Shown: positions 27,050-37,187, counted from the first letter of the stretch. The stretch: DNA of 64,000 nucleotides from Gammaproteobacteria bacterium (GCA_016874095.1 VGVH01000002.1:36431-100430); one strand, 5' to 3'. Translations and numbers: made by a program. The notes: generated by a model from the letters alone, not told the origin.

Positions 27050-27288
27050 GCGCCCTGGGAACTGTCGTCTGAAACGCCGGTTGCCGGCGGCAGCACGATC
27101 ACCGGCATGACGCCTGGCGTCGTTGCCGGCGCCGGCTGAGGCGCCGTCGCAGCCGGCGAAGCTGCCGCGAACAGTTTCGCCAGCCGCTGCATGCCGCGCA
27201 GGAGACCGTCGAACCCGAGGACTAAGAGACCGGACATCAGCACGGCGAAGACGGCGGCGGTCAGGTGCTTGGCGAGACCGCCGCGCAT
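27040..27288 (-). CDS. Hypothetical small membrane protein (82 aa)
   Basis: One TM segment plus Pro/Ala-rich tail; ATG 5 nt after the GST stop; its TAG lies inside the tRNA 5' end. Confidence 0.5.
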   Translation of the reverse strand: MRGGLAKHLTAAVFAVLMSGLLVLGFDGLLRGMQRLAKLFAAASPAATAPQPAPATTPGVMPVIVLPPATGVSDDSSQGAHP

Positions 27289-27293
27289 GGCCG

Positions 27294-27956
27294 TTACCGG
27301 CGCGCAGTCATTGATTTCAGGAAACCGCCAAAGGCCGTGGCGTGCGCGCTCAGCACGGCAGCACAATCCTCGTTGTCCATCATCGCTTTCCACCAGGTCG
27401 CGAGCCGCGGCGAGCCGACGGGATCCGGCAGGCCGAAGTTGCCGGCACCGTAGACCGTGTTGAGCAGCGACGTGGTGGTCGCCAGCGCGCAGTCGCCGAA
27501 GGTCGGCGTACCGGCGATGCAGAAGGGACCCGGGCCCATCGCCGCTTCGGCATAGCCCATGCCCTTGGCGATCTCCTTGCCCGCGGCTTCGATCGCCGCA
27601 GCGTCCCGGTTCGCCGGATTCATCTGCCGGAACAGCGGCCCGATCTGCGGGGCGATGTAGAGGTCGACGATGCGCCCGACCAGCCGGCTCTGCGCACGGC
27701 CGAAGTTGTCCTTCGGCAGGCCGGGCTTCTGCGGGTAGGCATCCTCGAGGTAGTCGCAGATGATCGTCGACTCCCCGATGCCCCTGCCGTCGACTTCGAG
27801 CGTCGGCATCTTGCCGATCGGATTGAGCTTCAGGTATTCGGCACTCTTGATGTTGCCGCCGGGCGCTTCGGACAGCGGCAGCTCGATTCCCTTGATCTTG
27901 GCGTACATCGCCACGCGGGCGACATAGGGGGAGGCAATGGCACCGTAGAGCTTCAC
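27294..27956 (-). CDS. Glutathione S-transferase family protein
   Basis: SPYVARV, LNPIGKMPTL, IGESTIICDYLE, PTFGDC motifs. Confidence 0.93.
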   Translation of the reverse strand: MKLYGAIASPYVARVAMYAKIKGIELPLSEAPGGNIKSAEYLKLNPIGKMPTLEVDGRGIGESTIICDYLEDAYPQKPGLPKDNFGRAQSRLVGRIVDLYIAPQIGPLFRQMNPANRDAAAIEAAGKEIAKGMGYAEAAMGPGPFCIAGTPTFGDCALATTTSLLNTVYGAGNFGLPDPVGSPRLATWWKAMMDNEDCAAVLSAHATAFGGFLKSMTARR

Positions 27957-27989
27957 GAGGGTTCTCCAGCTTCTGTTGTTGTGGGGCGT

Positions 27990-29183
27990 TCAGCCGACGG
28001 CGAGGCGCACGGCCTTTGCGACGGCGTCGATATCGCCGCCGGTCAGTCCCGCGATGTTCACGCGGCTGTCCGGCGCAGTGTAGACGTGATGTTCGTTGCG
28101 CAGTTTCTGCACGGCCTCGGGTGACAGGCCCAGCACCGAAAACATGCCGTTCTGCCCCGCGACGAAGTCGAAGCGTGGGCCGCCGAACTCCCGGCGCAGC
28201 GCGGCGGCGAGATCGCGCCGCAGGCCCATTACGCGCTCACGCATGGCGGTCAACTCCGCCAGCCACTGTGCCTTGAGCGTCTCGTCGGCGAAGATCCCGG
28301 CCACGATCGCGGCACCGTGATCCGGCGGCATGGAGTAGTTGCGCCGTGCGAGACTCTGCAGGTGGCCCATGCTGGTCGTCGCGGCGGCTGAGTTCTCGGC
28401 GATCAACGTGAGTGCCCCGACGCGCTCGCGATAGAGGCCGAAGTTCTTCGAACAACTGACGGCAACGACGAGCTCGGGCAGGCGTTCGGCGAGCAGGCGC
28501 ATCCCGTGGGCGTCTTGGTCCAGCCCGCGGCCAAGGCCCTGGTAGGCGATGTCGATGAACGGCACGAGCCGCCGCTGCGCCATGACGTCGGCGACGGCCC
28601 GCCAGTCGGACTCGGCGAGATCGGCGCCCGTCGGGTTGTGGCAGGAACCGTGGAGCAGCACCACCGTGCCCGGCTCGGCTGCATCCAGCGCAGCGAGCAT
28701 GCGCGCAACGAGGAGTGCGCCGGTGCTGCGGTCGTAGTAGGGATAAGGCGCCGTCTGCAGGCCTGCCCCACCCATGAGCGGGATGTGATTGGCCCAGGTC
28801 GGATCGCTGACCAGCACCTTGCCGCGATAGCCGGAAAGTGCGAGGAGTTCCGCACCGAGGCGCAGCGCGCCCGTGCCGCCGGGTGCCTGCAGCGTAGCCA
28901 CACGCTTCGCCACCAGGGCCGGGTGGCCGGCGCCCAGCGCCAGTGTTTCCAGCGCCGCGGCGAATTGCCGGTTGCCGGCCTGACCCACATAGCCTTTCGT
29001 CGACTGCTTTGCGAGCAGCTTCTGCTCCGCCGCGCGCACGGCGGCCATGACCGGCGTCTGGCCGGAGGCGTCGCGATACACACCGACGCCCAGATCGACC
29101 TTGCTGCTGCTGGGATCCGCGCGAAAAGCTTCCGTCACCCCCAGCAGCGGATCGGGGGGTACGGGACTAAGAGTCTGGAACAT
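27990..29183 (-). CDS. Aspartate/aromatic amino acid aminotransferase (AspC/TyrB family)
   Basis: VDLGVGVYRD, QAPGGTGAL, HGSCHNPTG, DIAYQG, SCSKNFGLYRERVG (PLP Lys); start at ATG 29183. Confidence 0.95.
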   Translation of the reverse strand: MFQTLSPVPPDPLLGVTEAFRADPSSSKVDLGVGVYRDASGQTPVMAAVRAAEQKLLAKQSTKGYVGQAGNRQFAAALETLALGAGHPALVAKRVATLQAPGGTGALRLGAELLALSGYRGKVLVSDPTWANHIPLMGGAGLQTAPYPYYDRSTGALLVARMLAALDAAEPGTVVLLHGSCHNPTGADLAESDWRAVADVMAQRRLVPFIDIAYQGLGRGLDQDAHGMRLLAERLPELVVAVSCSKNFGLYRERVGALTLIAENSAAATTSMGHLQSLARRNYSMPPDHGAAIVAGIFADETLKAQWLAELTAMRERVMGLRRDLAAALRREFGGPRFDFVAGQNGMFSVLGLSPEAVQKLRNEHHVYTAPDSRVNIAGLTGGDIDAVAKAVRLAVG

Positions 29184-29215
29184 ACTGCTTATTGTGCCAC
29201 GGGCAACAGCGCCAA

Positions 29216-30364
29216 TCAGTATCGCGCGACGCGCCCGTCCCCCTGCTCCGCCCAGGCATCGATGCCGCCGTCGAGGATGTCGAGGCGGCGAAAACCGGCT
29301 TTCCACAGAAGATAGAACGCCTCGACGCTGCGCTCGCCGCGGTGGCAGCAGAGCGTGTAGTGGCGCGCGGAGTCCAGCTCGTGCAGGCGCGCGGGCAAAT
29401 CCGCCAGCGGCAACGACCGCGCGCCGGGAATCGCCGCTATCGCAAGCTCGGGGGTATCGCGAAGATCGACCAGCTCACCGGCCTCCCCTGCCCTCTGGCG
29501 CACCAGGAACTGCGTGACGCTCACCCGCGGCAGGTCATGCGCGGCGGAGCGTCCGGTGGCTGTGTCGATTCCGCAGAAGGCCTCGTAGTCGACTGGGGCG
29601 GTCACTGTCGGCGTCGCGCCGCACACGGCGCAGCCTGCTGATTTCCCGAAGCGGATGTCGCGGAACGACGTGGCCAGCGCCTCGACCAGCAGCAGGCGCC
29701 CGACCAGCGGTTCGCCGATGCCGAGGATCAGCTTGATCACCTCCAGCGCCTGCAGCGTGCCGAGGATGCCCGGCAGCACGCCGAGCACCCCGCCGTCGGC
29801 GCAGGCAGGCACGAGACCGGGCGGCGGCGGTTCGGGAAACAGACAGCGGTAGCAAGGCCCGCGGCGAGCGTCGAAGACACTCAACTGGCCCTCGAAGCGG
29901 AAGACGCTGGCGTAGACATCGGGTGTGCCGGTGAGCACGCACACGTCGTTGACGAGGTAACGCGTGGGGAAGTTGTCGCTCGCATCGGCCACGATGTCGT
30001 AGTCGCGGATGATGCCGGCCGCATTGGCAGCGGTGAGTTTCCCGGCGTGCGGCACGATGCGGATGCCGGGGTTGAGCGCGCCGAGCCGGCTGCCCGCGAC
30101 TTCGATCTTGGGGCGACCGACGTCGGACGTGGCGTAGAGGATCTGCCGCTGGATGTTGCTGAGGTCGACCTTGTCGTACTCGACCACGCCGATCGTGCCG
30201 ACGCCCGCGGCCGCAAGATAAAGCAGCAGCGGCGAACCGAGTCCGCCGGCGCCGACGCACAGTACTCGGGCGGCCTTCAACCGCTCCTGCCCGGCCAGCG
30301 TGATTTCCGGCATCACGAGGTGGCGGCTGTAGCGCAGTATTTCGTCGCGGGAGAGCGTGCTCAT
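29216..30364 (-). CDS. moeB: MoeB/MoeZ adenylyltransferase-sulfurtransferase (ThiF + rhodanese)
   Basis: RYSRHL, VGAGGLGSP, SNIQRQ, PCYRCLFP, C-terminal rhodanese CCHRGERS; start at 30364. Confidence 0.93.
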   Translation of the reverse strand: MSTLSRDEILRYSRHLVMPEITLAGQERLKAARVLCVGAGGLGSPLLLYLAAAGVGTIGVVEYDKVDLSNIQRQILYATSDVGRPKIEVAGSRLGALNPGIRIVPHAGKLTAANAAGIIRDYDIVADASDNFPTRYLVNDVCVLTGTPDVYASVFRFEGQLSVFDARRGPCYRCLFPEPPPPGLVPACADGGVLGVLPGILGTLQALEVIKLILGIGEPLVGRLLLVEALATSFRDIRFGKSAGCAVCGATPTVTAPVDYEAFCGIDTATGRSAAHDLPRVSVTQFLVRQRAGEAGELVDLRDTPELAIAAIPGARSLPLADLPARLHELDSARHYTLCCHRGERSVEAFYLLWKAGFRRLDILDGGIDAWAEQGDGRVARY

Positions 30365-30494
30365 CGTGCTTCGGGAGACGGTCGTCGCCGGGTGCGGGAG
30401 TATACTCCCGCAGACCAACGAGACCGGCCGCAGCCGGCTGGACAAGTTCCTGACCCGGCGGGCAGGATGCCTGCAGAAGAACCGGAGGGCGGGC

Positions 30495-31199
30495 ATGAGC
30501 GACTCGAGCTACGCAGCGGCCGGCTACTCGGCCATGAACATCGGCTTCGGTGATCGGCCGGCCGTCATCGTCGTCGACTTCCAGGTCGGCTTCACGCGGC
30601 CGGAGTTCCAGATGGGCCGCTCGCCGCACGTCCATCGCGCCGTCGAGAACACGGCGAAGCTCCTCAAGGACGCGCGGTCGCGAAACATACCGGTGGCCAC
30701 CTGCAGCGTGGCCTGGGGCAGTACGCGCGACATGCCGCACTGGAAGATCTCCACGCTCTACAAAGGCTGGTGCTACGGCGATCCGACGACGGTGATGGAT
30801 GACCGGATCGCGGTGCCGGAATACGACTTCCATTTCCACAAGAACGCCCCGTCGATGTTCTTCGGCACGCCGTTGACGACGTTCCTGAACCGGAACCAGG
30901 TCGACACGGTGATCGTCACCGGCTGCGTCACCAGTGGCTGCGTGCGCGCCACGATCATCGACAGCTTCTCGCACGGCTACCGGACGATGGTTCCCGAGGA
31001 GTGTTGCGGCGACATGGAGGAAGGCCCGCACCGCGACAACCTGCGCGATGTGGGACGGCGTTATGCGGACGTGATCACGCTCGCCGACACGCTCGGCTAT
31101 CTCGAGCGGTTTCCGAAATCGGCCGCTACTCCTCCGCCCCGAACTCGAACCGCGCGCCGACACCCCACCAGCGCGGCGGACCGAAGGCCTGCTGGTTGA
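30495..31199 (+). CDS. Isochorismatase-family cysteine hydrolase (maleamate/N-carbamoylsarcosine amidase-like)
   Basis: Asp-Lys-Cys triad: VVDFQ, HKNAPSMF, TGCVTSGCVRAT. Confidence 0.88.
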   Translation: MSDSSYAAAGYSAMNIGFGDRPAVIVVDFQVGFTRPEFQMGRSPHVHRAVENTAKLLKDARSRNIPVATCSVAWGSTRDMPHWKISTLYKGWCYGDPTTVMDDRIAVPEYDFHFHKNAPSMFFGTPLTTFLNRNQVDTVIVTGCVTSGCVRATIIDSFSHGYRTMVPEECCGDMEEGPHRDNLRDVGRRYADVITLADTLGYLERFPKSAATPPPRTRTARRHPTSAADRRPAG

Positions 31200-33444
31200 A
31201 GCCGAAGAGACCGCTGAAATCGAAGGTGTAGGTCTTGTACGCCTCGTCGAAGACGTTGTCGGCGTAGGCGTATATCTCCCACCTGCCTTCTCGCGCCAGC
31301 GAAGCGCGGGCATTCACCAGCCAGTAGCCGTCTTCCCGCGAAATCGGATGGTTCTGGATGTCATACCAGATCTCGTTCTGGTAGCTCGTCGAGCCCTGCA
31401 CAGCCATCGTCAGACCATCGAGGACCTGCCATTCGTATCGCACCAAGCCATTCAAGCTGATCTCCGGCGCACCGACCATGTGCCGATCCTGCACGGCATC
31501 GCCCTGGATGGTCGGGATGTCCTCGGCCGTCGCATTCAGCCAGCCCAGCCCCGCCTGCAGCGTCAGCCCGTCGATGGGTCGGCTGTCGATCTCGATCTCG
31601 CCGCCGTAGACCTCGGCATCGGCATTGAAGATCACCTGGTTCAGGATCAGCCATTGGAAGGTCTGGAAGTCCTGGTAATCGTAGTAGAACGCGGCCGCAT
31701 TCAGTCGCGTCGTGCCGCCGAGAATCGTCGACTTGGCGCCGACCTCAAACGCGTCCAGCGTCTCGGCATCGAACGGAATCGACTCGAGCGGGTTGTTGCC
31801 GAAGATCTGCGTCGTATCGAGAAACCCGTTGTTGAAGCCCGCGGACTTCTTGCCGCGCGAGTACGAGCCGTAGAACAACAGGTCTTCTCCAGCCCGCCAG
31901 TTCAGCTGCAGCCGTCCCGTCGTGTAGCTGTCATCGTGCACTGCCAGGTCACCGACAGACGCCCGGTTGAAGAGGATCATGTGATCCGGCGTCGGGCGCC
32001 AGCTGTCGATCTGGGTAGGCTCCGGATTGAAGCAACCTTCGGCCTGGGGATCGGGTTCGGTGCTGCAGAATGCGGTGATGCCCGAGAAGTCGATGTTCTC
32101 GAAGTCGAGCTCCTTCTCCTCGTCCGTCCAGCGCAGGCCGGCGATCAGCGTCCAGCTGTCGCCAAGATCAAATTCCACCTGGCCGAAGATATCGGTCGAG
32201 TCGGTCTCCTGCAGGTAGTCGGCGTCCATCGCCACGAAGCCGATTGCATCGGTGTTCAGGTCGTAGGCACCGTTGACGTCATTGGCGAAACGATAGACGC
32301 CCGCGAGCCAGCGCATGCGCTCCGACTCGCCGGCAACGCGCAATTCCTGGGAAAAGGTATCCGTCGTGGCCGCAAACGTCGGCGCTATGAACGACAGCGA
32401 CTGGTCCGGCCCGAGAAACGGGTTCATGTCCGTGTCTTCCTGCTGCAGGCGCTCGACCTGCCCGAAGGCGGTGATCGACGTGATCGTGATTCCGCCGACA
32501 CGCACGTCTACGTTCGCCTGCACGCCCTGGTTCTCGGACTCGACCCTGCCCGGCCGGTCGTAGTCGCCGGCCCAGGGATTGCCATCCACATCGCTGTAGC
32601 CGAATGCGTCGCAGCCCGGGCAGCTGCCCCAGAAGTCCTCGTTCGGCGCAAGCGGCAGGCTGACGTTGCCGTCGTCACTGGGCTTCGTTGCCTGGTGCTG
32701 CCAGGCGCCAACCGAGGCCTTGCTGTCGGAGTAGTTGCCGGCGAGCAGGATGTCGACCTGCTCGGAGGGCTGGAAGAGCAGCTGCAAACGCGTCGCGACG
32801 GAGTCGCCACCGTTGTAGTCCTGCACACCTGCTACGCGGTTGCGCGTCCAGCCGTCGTGCTCGTCGTAGCCAAGCGAGGCGCGCGCGCTGAGACCTTCGA
32901 CGAGTTGTCCGCTGATGACGGCCTCCAGCTGGTGCCGATCGAAGTCACCGAAGCCGGCGTCGACGTAACTCTCGAACTCGGCGCCCGGACGTCTGGTGAC
33001 GAAGTGGATCACGCCACCGGTGGAATTGCGGCCGAACAGTGCGCCCTGCGGCCCACGCAGCACCTCGATCCGCTCGACGTCGAACAACTGCATCGCGAGC
33101 CCGCCCATCGCGGGTTTGTAGACGTCGTCGACATAGACCGCGACCGGGTTTTCCTGGGCATCGGCAAAGTCGTTCAGGCCGACGCCACGCAGGAAGAAAT
33201 TCAACTGGCTGCCCTCGCCTTGCGGCACGGTGTAATTCAGGTTCGGCGTCATGTGGGTGATGTCGACCGAACTGGCGAATCCCTGGTTGCGCACATCCTG
33301 GGCGCTGAAGGCCGTCACCGCGAGGCCGACATCCTGCAGGTTCTGCTCGCGACGCTGGGCGGTGACGAGGATTTCGTCGACTGCTGCCGATGCCGGTGCG
33401 GCGGCCACGATGCCAAGCGCGATGCCGATCACTTTTCTGTACAT
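31126..33444 (-). CDS. TonB-dependent receptor
   Basis: Signal peptide, TonB box DEILVTA, plug motif VERIEVLRGPQGALFGRN, C-terminal beta strand PRWWGVGARFEF. Confidence 0.95.
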   Translation of the reverse strand: MYRKVIGIALGIVAAAPASAAVDEILVTAQRREQNLQDVGLAVTAFSAQDVRNQGFASSVDITHMTPNLNYTVPQGEGSQLNFFLRGVGLNDFADAQENPVAVYVDDVYKPAMGGLAMQLFDVERIEVLRGPQGALFGRNSTGGVIHFVTRRPGAEFESYVDAGFGDFDRHQLEAVISGQLVEGLSARASLGYDEHDGWTRNRVAGVQDYNGGDSVATRLQLLFQPSEQVDILLAGNYSDSKASVGAWQHQATKPSDDGNVSLPLAPNEDFWGSCPGCDAFGYSDVDGNPWAGDYDRPGRVESENQGVQANVDVRVGGITITSITAFGQVERLQQEDTDMNPFLGPDQSLSFIAPTFAATTDTFSQELRVAGESERMRWLAGVYRFANDVNGAYDLNTDAIGFVAMDADYLQETDSTDIFGQVEFDLGDSWTLIAGLRWTDEEKELDFENIDFSGITAFCSTEPDPQAEGCFNPEPTQIDSWRPTPDHMILFNRASVGDLAVHDDSYTTGRLQLNWRAGEDLLFYGSYSRGKKSAGFNNGFLDTTQIFGNNPLESIPFDAETLDAFEVGAKSTILGGTTRLNAAAFYYDYQDFQTFQWLILNQVIFNADAEVYGGEIEIDSRPIDGLTLQAGLGWLNATAEDIPTIQGDAVQDRHMVGAPEISLNGLVRYEWQVLDGLTMAVQGSTSYQNEIWYDIQNHPISREDGYWLVNARASLAREGRWEIYAYADNVFDEAYKTYTFDFSGLFGFNQQAFGPPRWWGVGARFEFGAEE

Positions 33445-33468
33445 GTCGTTTCTCCTGTCAATACTGAA

Positions 33469-34665
33469 TCAAGTTTCGTCGAGCCAGGGGCCCCAGATCT
33501 GCCGCTTGGTCTCTTCCCAGGATGCTTCCCCGCCGCCAGGCTGGTAGCGGCAGCCCGGATGCTCGAACGCGGGCTTCGTCCAGGTGCCGCGCGACTGCAG
33601 GCGGCGGATGCTGTCGCGGTAGATCTCATCGACCTCGGCGTGCGACTTCGGCTCGCTCGTGAGCCAAAGGTTCTTCGGGTACACCGGTTGCTCGTACATG
33701 CGGCTGAATATTTCCGTGCGCAGGTCCTTCAGCCAGTTGGCGTTCAGGCTCATCGCGCGGAAGTTGCGCAGCGCCTCGATGTCGATCGTGGCCGCGACGA
33801 TGGTGTTGTTGGTGCTGGCGCTGTACGACACGACCTGGCCGCGGTAATCGACGATGTGGGCACTGCCGCCGGCGATGTCCACCGGGTGTTTCGACGCCGC
33901 GCCGAGATACACCGGGCCGGCGTTCGGGCACAGCATGTACACCGAATTGAACTCGGCATGGCCCTGGTTCTGGATCATCCAGGTGCCGCCGCCGGGGTAC
34001 CCGGCCGTGGTCATCGGCGTCGCCTCGCTGGGCCGGTAGACCACTTCGGCGCCGTTGAACGCAAGCGCGCGCACGGCTTCGGGATACTCCCCGTCGCTGC
34101 AGCAGATCGTGCCGATGTTGCCGATGTCCGGCGTCTTCAGCACCGGGAAGAAGGCATCGATGCCGTCGCCGAAGAGCTCGACCCAGCGGTCGTACACGTC
34201 GTGCGGCACGACGGAGTGCTCGCGGCACCACACATGATTCTTCGCTGCGCGGTGCACCACCTTGCCCTCGGGCGAGATCACGAACAGGCAGTTGAAGTAG
34301 CGGTCTTTCATCACCTCCGGCCAGCGCGCCTTGCACTGGCCGATGATGTAGGTGCCGTAGAGCTTGGCGAGGCGGCCCAGGTGCTCCGTCTCCGGGCCCG
34401 GAATATCGATGAAGAGCTCGCGCACACCGATCCGGTGCGGGAGATCGAAGATCTCGTCGGTGAAGCCGGTCAGCGCACCCTCGGCGAGTGCGATAACCTT
34501 CACCGGCATATTGATGTTGACCAGCGAGATGCCCGCGTGAATCGCTTCCTCGATGTTCTCGAGGTTGTGGCGGATCTGGCGCCGCTCGGAAATGCCGTAG
34601 ATCACCGTTGACAGACCGATCGCGAGATAGGGCGCGACCGGTTTTTGCATCGGCTGGGCAGGCAT
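33469..34665 (-). CDS. Nitrilase-superfamily carbon-nitrogen hydrolase
   Basis: Glu-Lys-Cys triad: ALAEGAL, HRAAKNH, ICCSDGEYPE; start 34665 or 34650. Confidence 0.88.
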   Translation of the reverse strand: MPAQPMQKPVAPYLAIGLSTVIYGISERRQIRHNLENIEEAIHAGISLVNINMPVKVIALAEGALTGFTDEIFDLPHRIGVRELFIDIPGPETEHLGRLAKLYGTYIIGQCKARWPEVMKDRYFNCLFVISPEGKVVHRAAKNHVWCREHSVVPHDVYDRWVELFGDGIDAFFPVLKTPDIGNIGTICCSDGEYPEAVRALAFNGAEVVYRPSEATPMTTAGYPGGGTWMIQNQGHAEFNSVYMLCPNAGPVYLGAASKHPVDIAGGSAHIVDYRGQVVSYSASTNNTIVAATIDIEALRNFRAMSLNANWLKDLRTEIFSRMYEQPVYPKNLWLTSEPKSHAEVDEIYRDSIRRLQSRGTWTKPAFEHPGCRYQPGGGEASWEETKRQIWGPWLDET

Positions 34666-34729
34666 CGTGGGAAGTCTCGCTGCGCTCAATGTAGCGCGAG
34701 TCTACCCGCCGGGGCAGCGGTTTTGCCAC

Positions 34730-35089
34730 AGGACGGCGGCACCGCAGGTCGCCACCGCGCGGGCCGCAGCCATCAGCGACCTGCGCTACGAACTCGACCT
34801 GTCGATCCCGGCCAGCCAGACGGAACCGGTCACCGGCAGCAACGCGCTGCGTTTCCGCCTCTCCGACACCGCACAACACGTCTTGATCGATTTCGACGCC
34901 GATGGTGCCGCCAGTGCCGTGGTCACCGCCAACGGCGTCGCGGTGCCCACGCGCGCCGTGAACGGCCATCTCGTGATCGCCGCGGCAGTGACCCGCTTCG
35001 TCCACACGCTGCCGCCGGACTATGCCGCGCGGTTGCGCGTAAAGGTCCTGCAGAGTGCCGACCTGCTGATGCGGGCAGCGCGACCCTAG
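34730..35089 (+). pseudogene. Aminopeptidase N (M1)-like remnant with large internal deletion
   Basis: N-terminal ARAAAISDLRYELDLSIP..VNGHLVI joined directly to C-terminal DYAARLRVKVLQSADLL; no GAMEN or HExxH core. Confidence 0.6.
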
Positions 35090-36024
35090 CGGCGCAGGGC
35101 CGCGCGCCGCAGCCGGTCGCGTACGGCCTGCCAGCGCTCCTGCTCCGGCACCGCCTCGACCAGCAGGCGCGAATAACCGCCCGCATCGAGCCGCCTGAGC
35201 AGCGCATAGAGTCCGCGCGCATAGCCGATCGGCTCGTCCGGCAGGCACTCGACCCGGGCGCAGGTCGGCGGTGGCGTGCCGCGGCAGATCACCACGTCGT
35301 CGTGGCCGGCGCTCTCCAGCGCGGTGCGCGACACCACCTGCACGCGCGTGGCCGGCGCATAGTGTCGCGGCGCGCTGCCGGGGACGACCACATCGGCCGA
35401 CGCGGGCACCGTGACGGTGCCGGACCACAACTCGCGCAAACGCTCGACCGGCACCGCGCCCGGACGCAGCACGTCGAGCATGTCCCCGCACGGACGCACG
35501 ATGGTCGACTCGATGCCGAGTGCGCAGGCGCCGCCGTCGAGCACGGCCAGCGGTTCTGTCGAGTAATCGGCCAGCACGTGCTCCGCCGTGGTCGGACTCA
35601 CATAGCCCGAGCGGTTGGCGCTCGGCGCGCAGAGCGCGCCGCCGAAGCGCGCGAGCAGCTCGCGAAACAGCGGATGCGACGGGCAGCGCAGGGCAACGCT
35701 GTCGGCGCCGCCGGTCACCAGCCGCGACACCTCGGCGCGCGCCGGCAACACCAGGGTCAGCGGGCCGGGCCAGCAGGCATCGAGCAGCGCAGTCGCCGCT
35801 GCCGGCACGCTCGCCGCCCAGTCGGTGAGCTGCTCGCGACCGCGGATGTGCACGATCAGCGGATTGGTGAGCGGCCGGCCCTTGGTCGCGAAGATGCGGC
35901 GCAGTGCCGACTCGTTGCGGGCGTCGGCGGCGAGACCATAGACGGTTTCGGTGGGCACAGCCACTGCTTCGCCGGCGCGCAGGCGCGTCACAGCTTCATC
36001 GAGATCGACCCGGAGCGCGCACAT
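35086..36024 (-). CDS. L-threonylcarbamoyladenylate synthase, Sua5-type
   Basis: VPTETVYGL, KGRPLTNPLIVH, PSANRSG, GIESTI, PG..PRHYAP linker and C-terminal Sua5 domain. Confidence 0.93.
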   Translation of the reverse strand: MCALRVDLDEAVTRLRAGEAVAVPTETVYGLAADARNESALRRIFATKGRPLTNPLIVHIRGREQLTDWAASVPAAATALLDACWPGPLTLVLPARAEVSRLVTGGADSVALRCPSHPLFRELLARFGGALCAPSANRSGYVSPTTAEHVLADYSTEPLAVLDGGACALGIESTIVRPCGDMLDVLRPGAVPVERLRELWSGTVTVPASADVVVPGSAPRHYAPATRVQVVSRTALESAGHDDVVICRGTPPPTCARVECLPDEPIGYARGLYALLRRLDAGGYSRLLVEAVPEQERWQAVRDRLRRAALRR

Positions 36025-36027
36025 CGT

Positions 36028-37173
36028 TCAGGCGCTGCGGCTGCGCCAGACGATGGCGAGGAATACGGCAGTGCTGAGGGCGCAGCAACTGATCGCCAGT
36101 GCCACGACTCCACCGTAAGCCGGCGGCTCGCCCACCAGCGCACCAGCCAGGGCCGGGCCGAGTGCTGCACCGAGACCCTGCGCGCCGGTCATCATCACGA
36201 GATAGCGGCCCGCGTGATCCAGACTGGCGATCAGACCCATCTGGTACGACACGCCGACGATGAAGAGCGCCTGGAACAGGCCGGTGACGGCGTAGAACGC
36301 CGGCAACCCGAGCTGGCCGAGCAGCGCCCAGGCAGCCGCCGTTTGCCCCGCTGCCACGATGAGTAGTGGCCCTGCCCTGCCGAAGCGGTCGCCCGCCCAG
36401 GTCGCAGCGAGACCGCCGGCAATCGCGACGATCTGCGACACGCCCAGCGCCAGCGCGATCGCGACAGGCTGCAGCCCCGCCACCTGGCCCATGCGCTCGA
36501 GGAAGGCCCACAACCCGAACACATTGATGAAGTACAGGATGCTCGCGGCGAGGCCGATCCAGATGAGCCCCACCGGGGCGGCGGCGACCGTCGGCCCTGT
36601 TTCTGCCGTGGTTCTGCGTCCGGCATGCGGAAACCAGCCGAGGACCACCAGTAGAACGACCCCGTACACGGCAAACAGGTTGTACAGCCCGCCTGTCCCG
36701 CCAGCGTCGATCATGGCCGGCGCGAGACCGAACAGCGCCAGCATTGCAACACCCTGTACCGCCTGCGCAAGGCCGAAGGCGCGGTCCGGTTGGCGGTTAT
36801 CGCCGAGCGCCGCGACGGTGACGGCGAACACGCAGCCGCCCGCGGTGCCGGCCGCGAAGCGCAGCGCGAGCAGGGTGCCGTAGTCGGTAATGCCGCTGCT
36901 CGCTACGTTGAAGCCCGCGTAAGCCAGCGTTGCCACAGCGATAGAACGAACCCAGCTGAAGCGGCGGATCCACAGCGCTGCCGCGAACGACGCGACGACG
37001 ATGCCCATGCCCTCCGCCGCGGCGATATTGCCCGCCTGCTCCGGCGAGTAGCCGTAGCCGTCGATCAGGGCGCCCACGATCAGCGGCATCAGGATCGTGG
37101 CCGCAGGTCCGAGCGGATACAGGAGCGAGATGACCGTCGTGGTTCGCCAGCCGTCGTCGAAGGGTCGTGCCAT
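36028..37173 (-). CDS. MFS transporter
   Basis: About 12 hydrophobic segments, GDRFGR loop motif. Confidence 0.85.
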   Translation of the reverse strand: MARPFDDGWRTTTVISLLYPLGPAATILMPLIVGALIDGYGYSPEQAGNIAAAEGMGIVVASFAAALWIRRFSWVRSIAVATLAYAGFNVASSGITDYGTLLALRFAAGTAGGCVFAVTVAALGDNRQPDRAFGLAQAVQGVAMLALFGLAPAMIDAGGTGGLYNLFAVYGVVLLVVLGWFPHAGRRTTAETGPTVAAAPVGLIWIGLAASILYFINVFGLWAFLERMGQVAGLQPVAIALALGVSQIVAIAGGLAATWAGDRFGRAGPLLIVAAGQTAAAWALLGQLGLPAFYAVTGLFQALFIVGVSYQMGLIASLDHAGRYLVMMTGAQGLGAALGPALAGALVGEPPAYGGVVALAISCCALSTAVFLAIVWRSRSA

Positions 37174-37187
37174 GGTCGTTTACCGGA

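Noticed and set aside
31348-34611. 1087-aa plus-strand ORF
   Set aside because: Antisense shadow of the TBDR and nitrilase genes, typical of GC-rich codon bias; no motifs
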